A stretch of DNA of 64,000 nt from NCBI GenBank assembly GCA_001776785.1, contig MFDF01000006.1:16769-80768 (forward strand). The letters are read 5' to 3'. Below the pieces are notes generated by a model. The model was not told where the DNA came from, ran no database searches, and saw nothing but the letters and a program-made list of their open reading frames with translations. This document shows positions 63,553 to 64,000 of this stretch, piece by piece. How positions within the stretch are numbered: position 1 is the stretch's first letter; the number at the start of each line of letters is the position of its first letter. The translations under genes and the position numbers were made by a program. Source of the stretch: Candidatus Daviesbacteria bacterium RIFCSPHIGHO2_12_FULL_37_16. Its GTDB lineage: Bacteria > Patescibacteriota > Microgenomatia > Daviesbacterales > UBA10151.

Positions 63553-64000
63553 GTGGGAGGAAAGGTTTATTTCAGTTTCAAGACTTATTTAATTTTTATT
63601 ATACTTTCTTTTTTTCACCCCAATAAATTTTCTAAAAAAGCTGCAAAGTTATCTAAAAATAAACGAAGCTTTTCTGCGAATAAATTAGGTATCCTGTATT
63701 TTTTTATTAATATCCAGTTCGGGTTACTGCTTTTTGGATTAATCAAAGTTTATGCTTCCAAAAATTCAGATATTTTTTCTCCATCTTTAGTTTTTTTCCC
63801 AACTATGTCTGAAATAATTTTTATTACTCCACTTATTGGGTTTGGATTTATTTCTTTTATAATTTTTTTACATCTGATTGCAAAATTTGTAGGAGGGGTT
63901 GGAAGTTTAAAATCTACACTTCTATCCAGCGCCTGGATGAGTGCCCCACTGATATTTATTTGGGTGCCTTATATCCAGGCAGCTGCAATTATACTTCAAA
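63553..64000 (+). CDS. Yip1-like membrane protein (3'-truncated; not in the ORF track)
   Basis: Open frame from GTG 63553 to the window end, with HLIAKFVGG.GS...T and SAP..F.WVP. Confidence 0.7.
   Translation, partial: MGGKVYFSFKTYLIFIILSFFHPNKFSKKAAKLSKNKRSFSANKLGILYFFINIQFGLLLFGLIKVYASKNSDIFSPSLVFFPTMSEIIFITPLIGFGFISFIIFLHLIAKFVGGVGSLKSTLLSSAWMSAPLIFIWVPYIQAAAIILQ

Noticed and set aside
1-64000. CRISPR array
   Set aside because: No regularly spaced repeats with unique spacers and no cas genes. The repeats found are short tandems or dispersed palindromes.

Overview
A 64-kb, AT-rich, gene-dense bacterial window (standard genetic code). The gene set, the many short orphan ORFs and the repeat types look like a Patescibacteria/CPR genome, probably Microgenomates; that placement is inferred from gene content. 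Main contents: (1) a de novo purine cluster (folD, purSL, purQ, purA, two archaeal-type purP, purB, purE, purC, purM); (2) DNA and translation housekeeping genes (pth, EndoQ-like, TatD, ATP-dependent ligase, recF, polA, ftsH, trpS, Xer-like recombinase, trxB); (3) a three-gene ATP-citrate-lyase-like set; (4) a 1774-aa membrane protein with a GT9 domain; (5) sodN/sodX, a BrnT-type toxin-antitoxin pair and a VirD4-like ATPase; (6) three tRNAs, including a rare tRNA-Ile(UAU). Strongest signals beyond the ORF track: a Trp T-box riboswitch with an ultrashort Stem I and a transcription terminator, ahead of a GNAT-like / aspartoacylase-like / trpS run; many palindromic and 7-mer repeat elements inserted in frame in core enzymes, with similar 7-mers flanking a four-helix-bundle (Avd-like) gene; frequent leaderless-type promoters; and direct-repeat footprints of insertion. 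All calls were made by eye, with no database searches.
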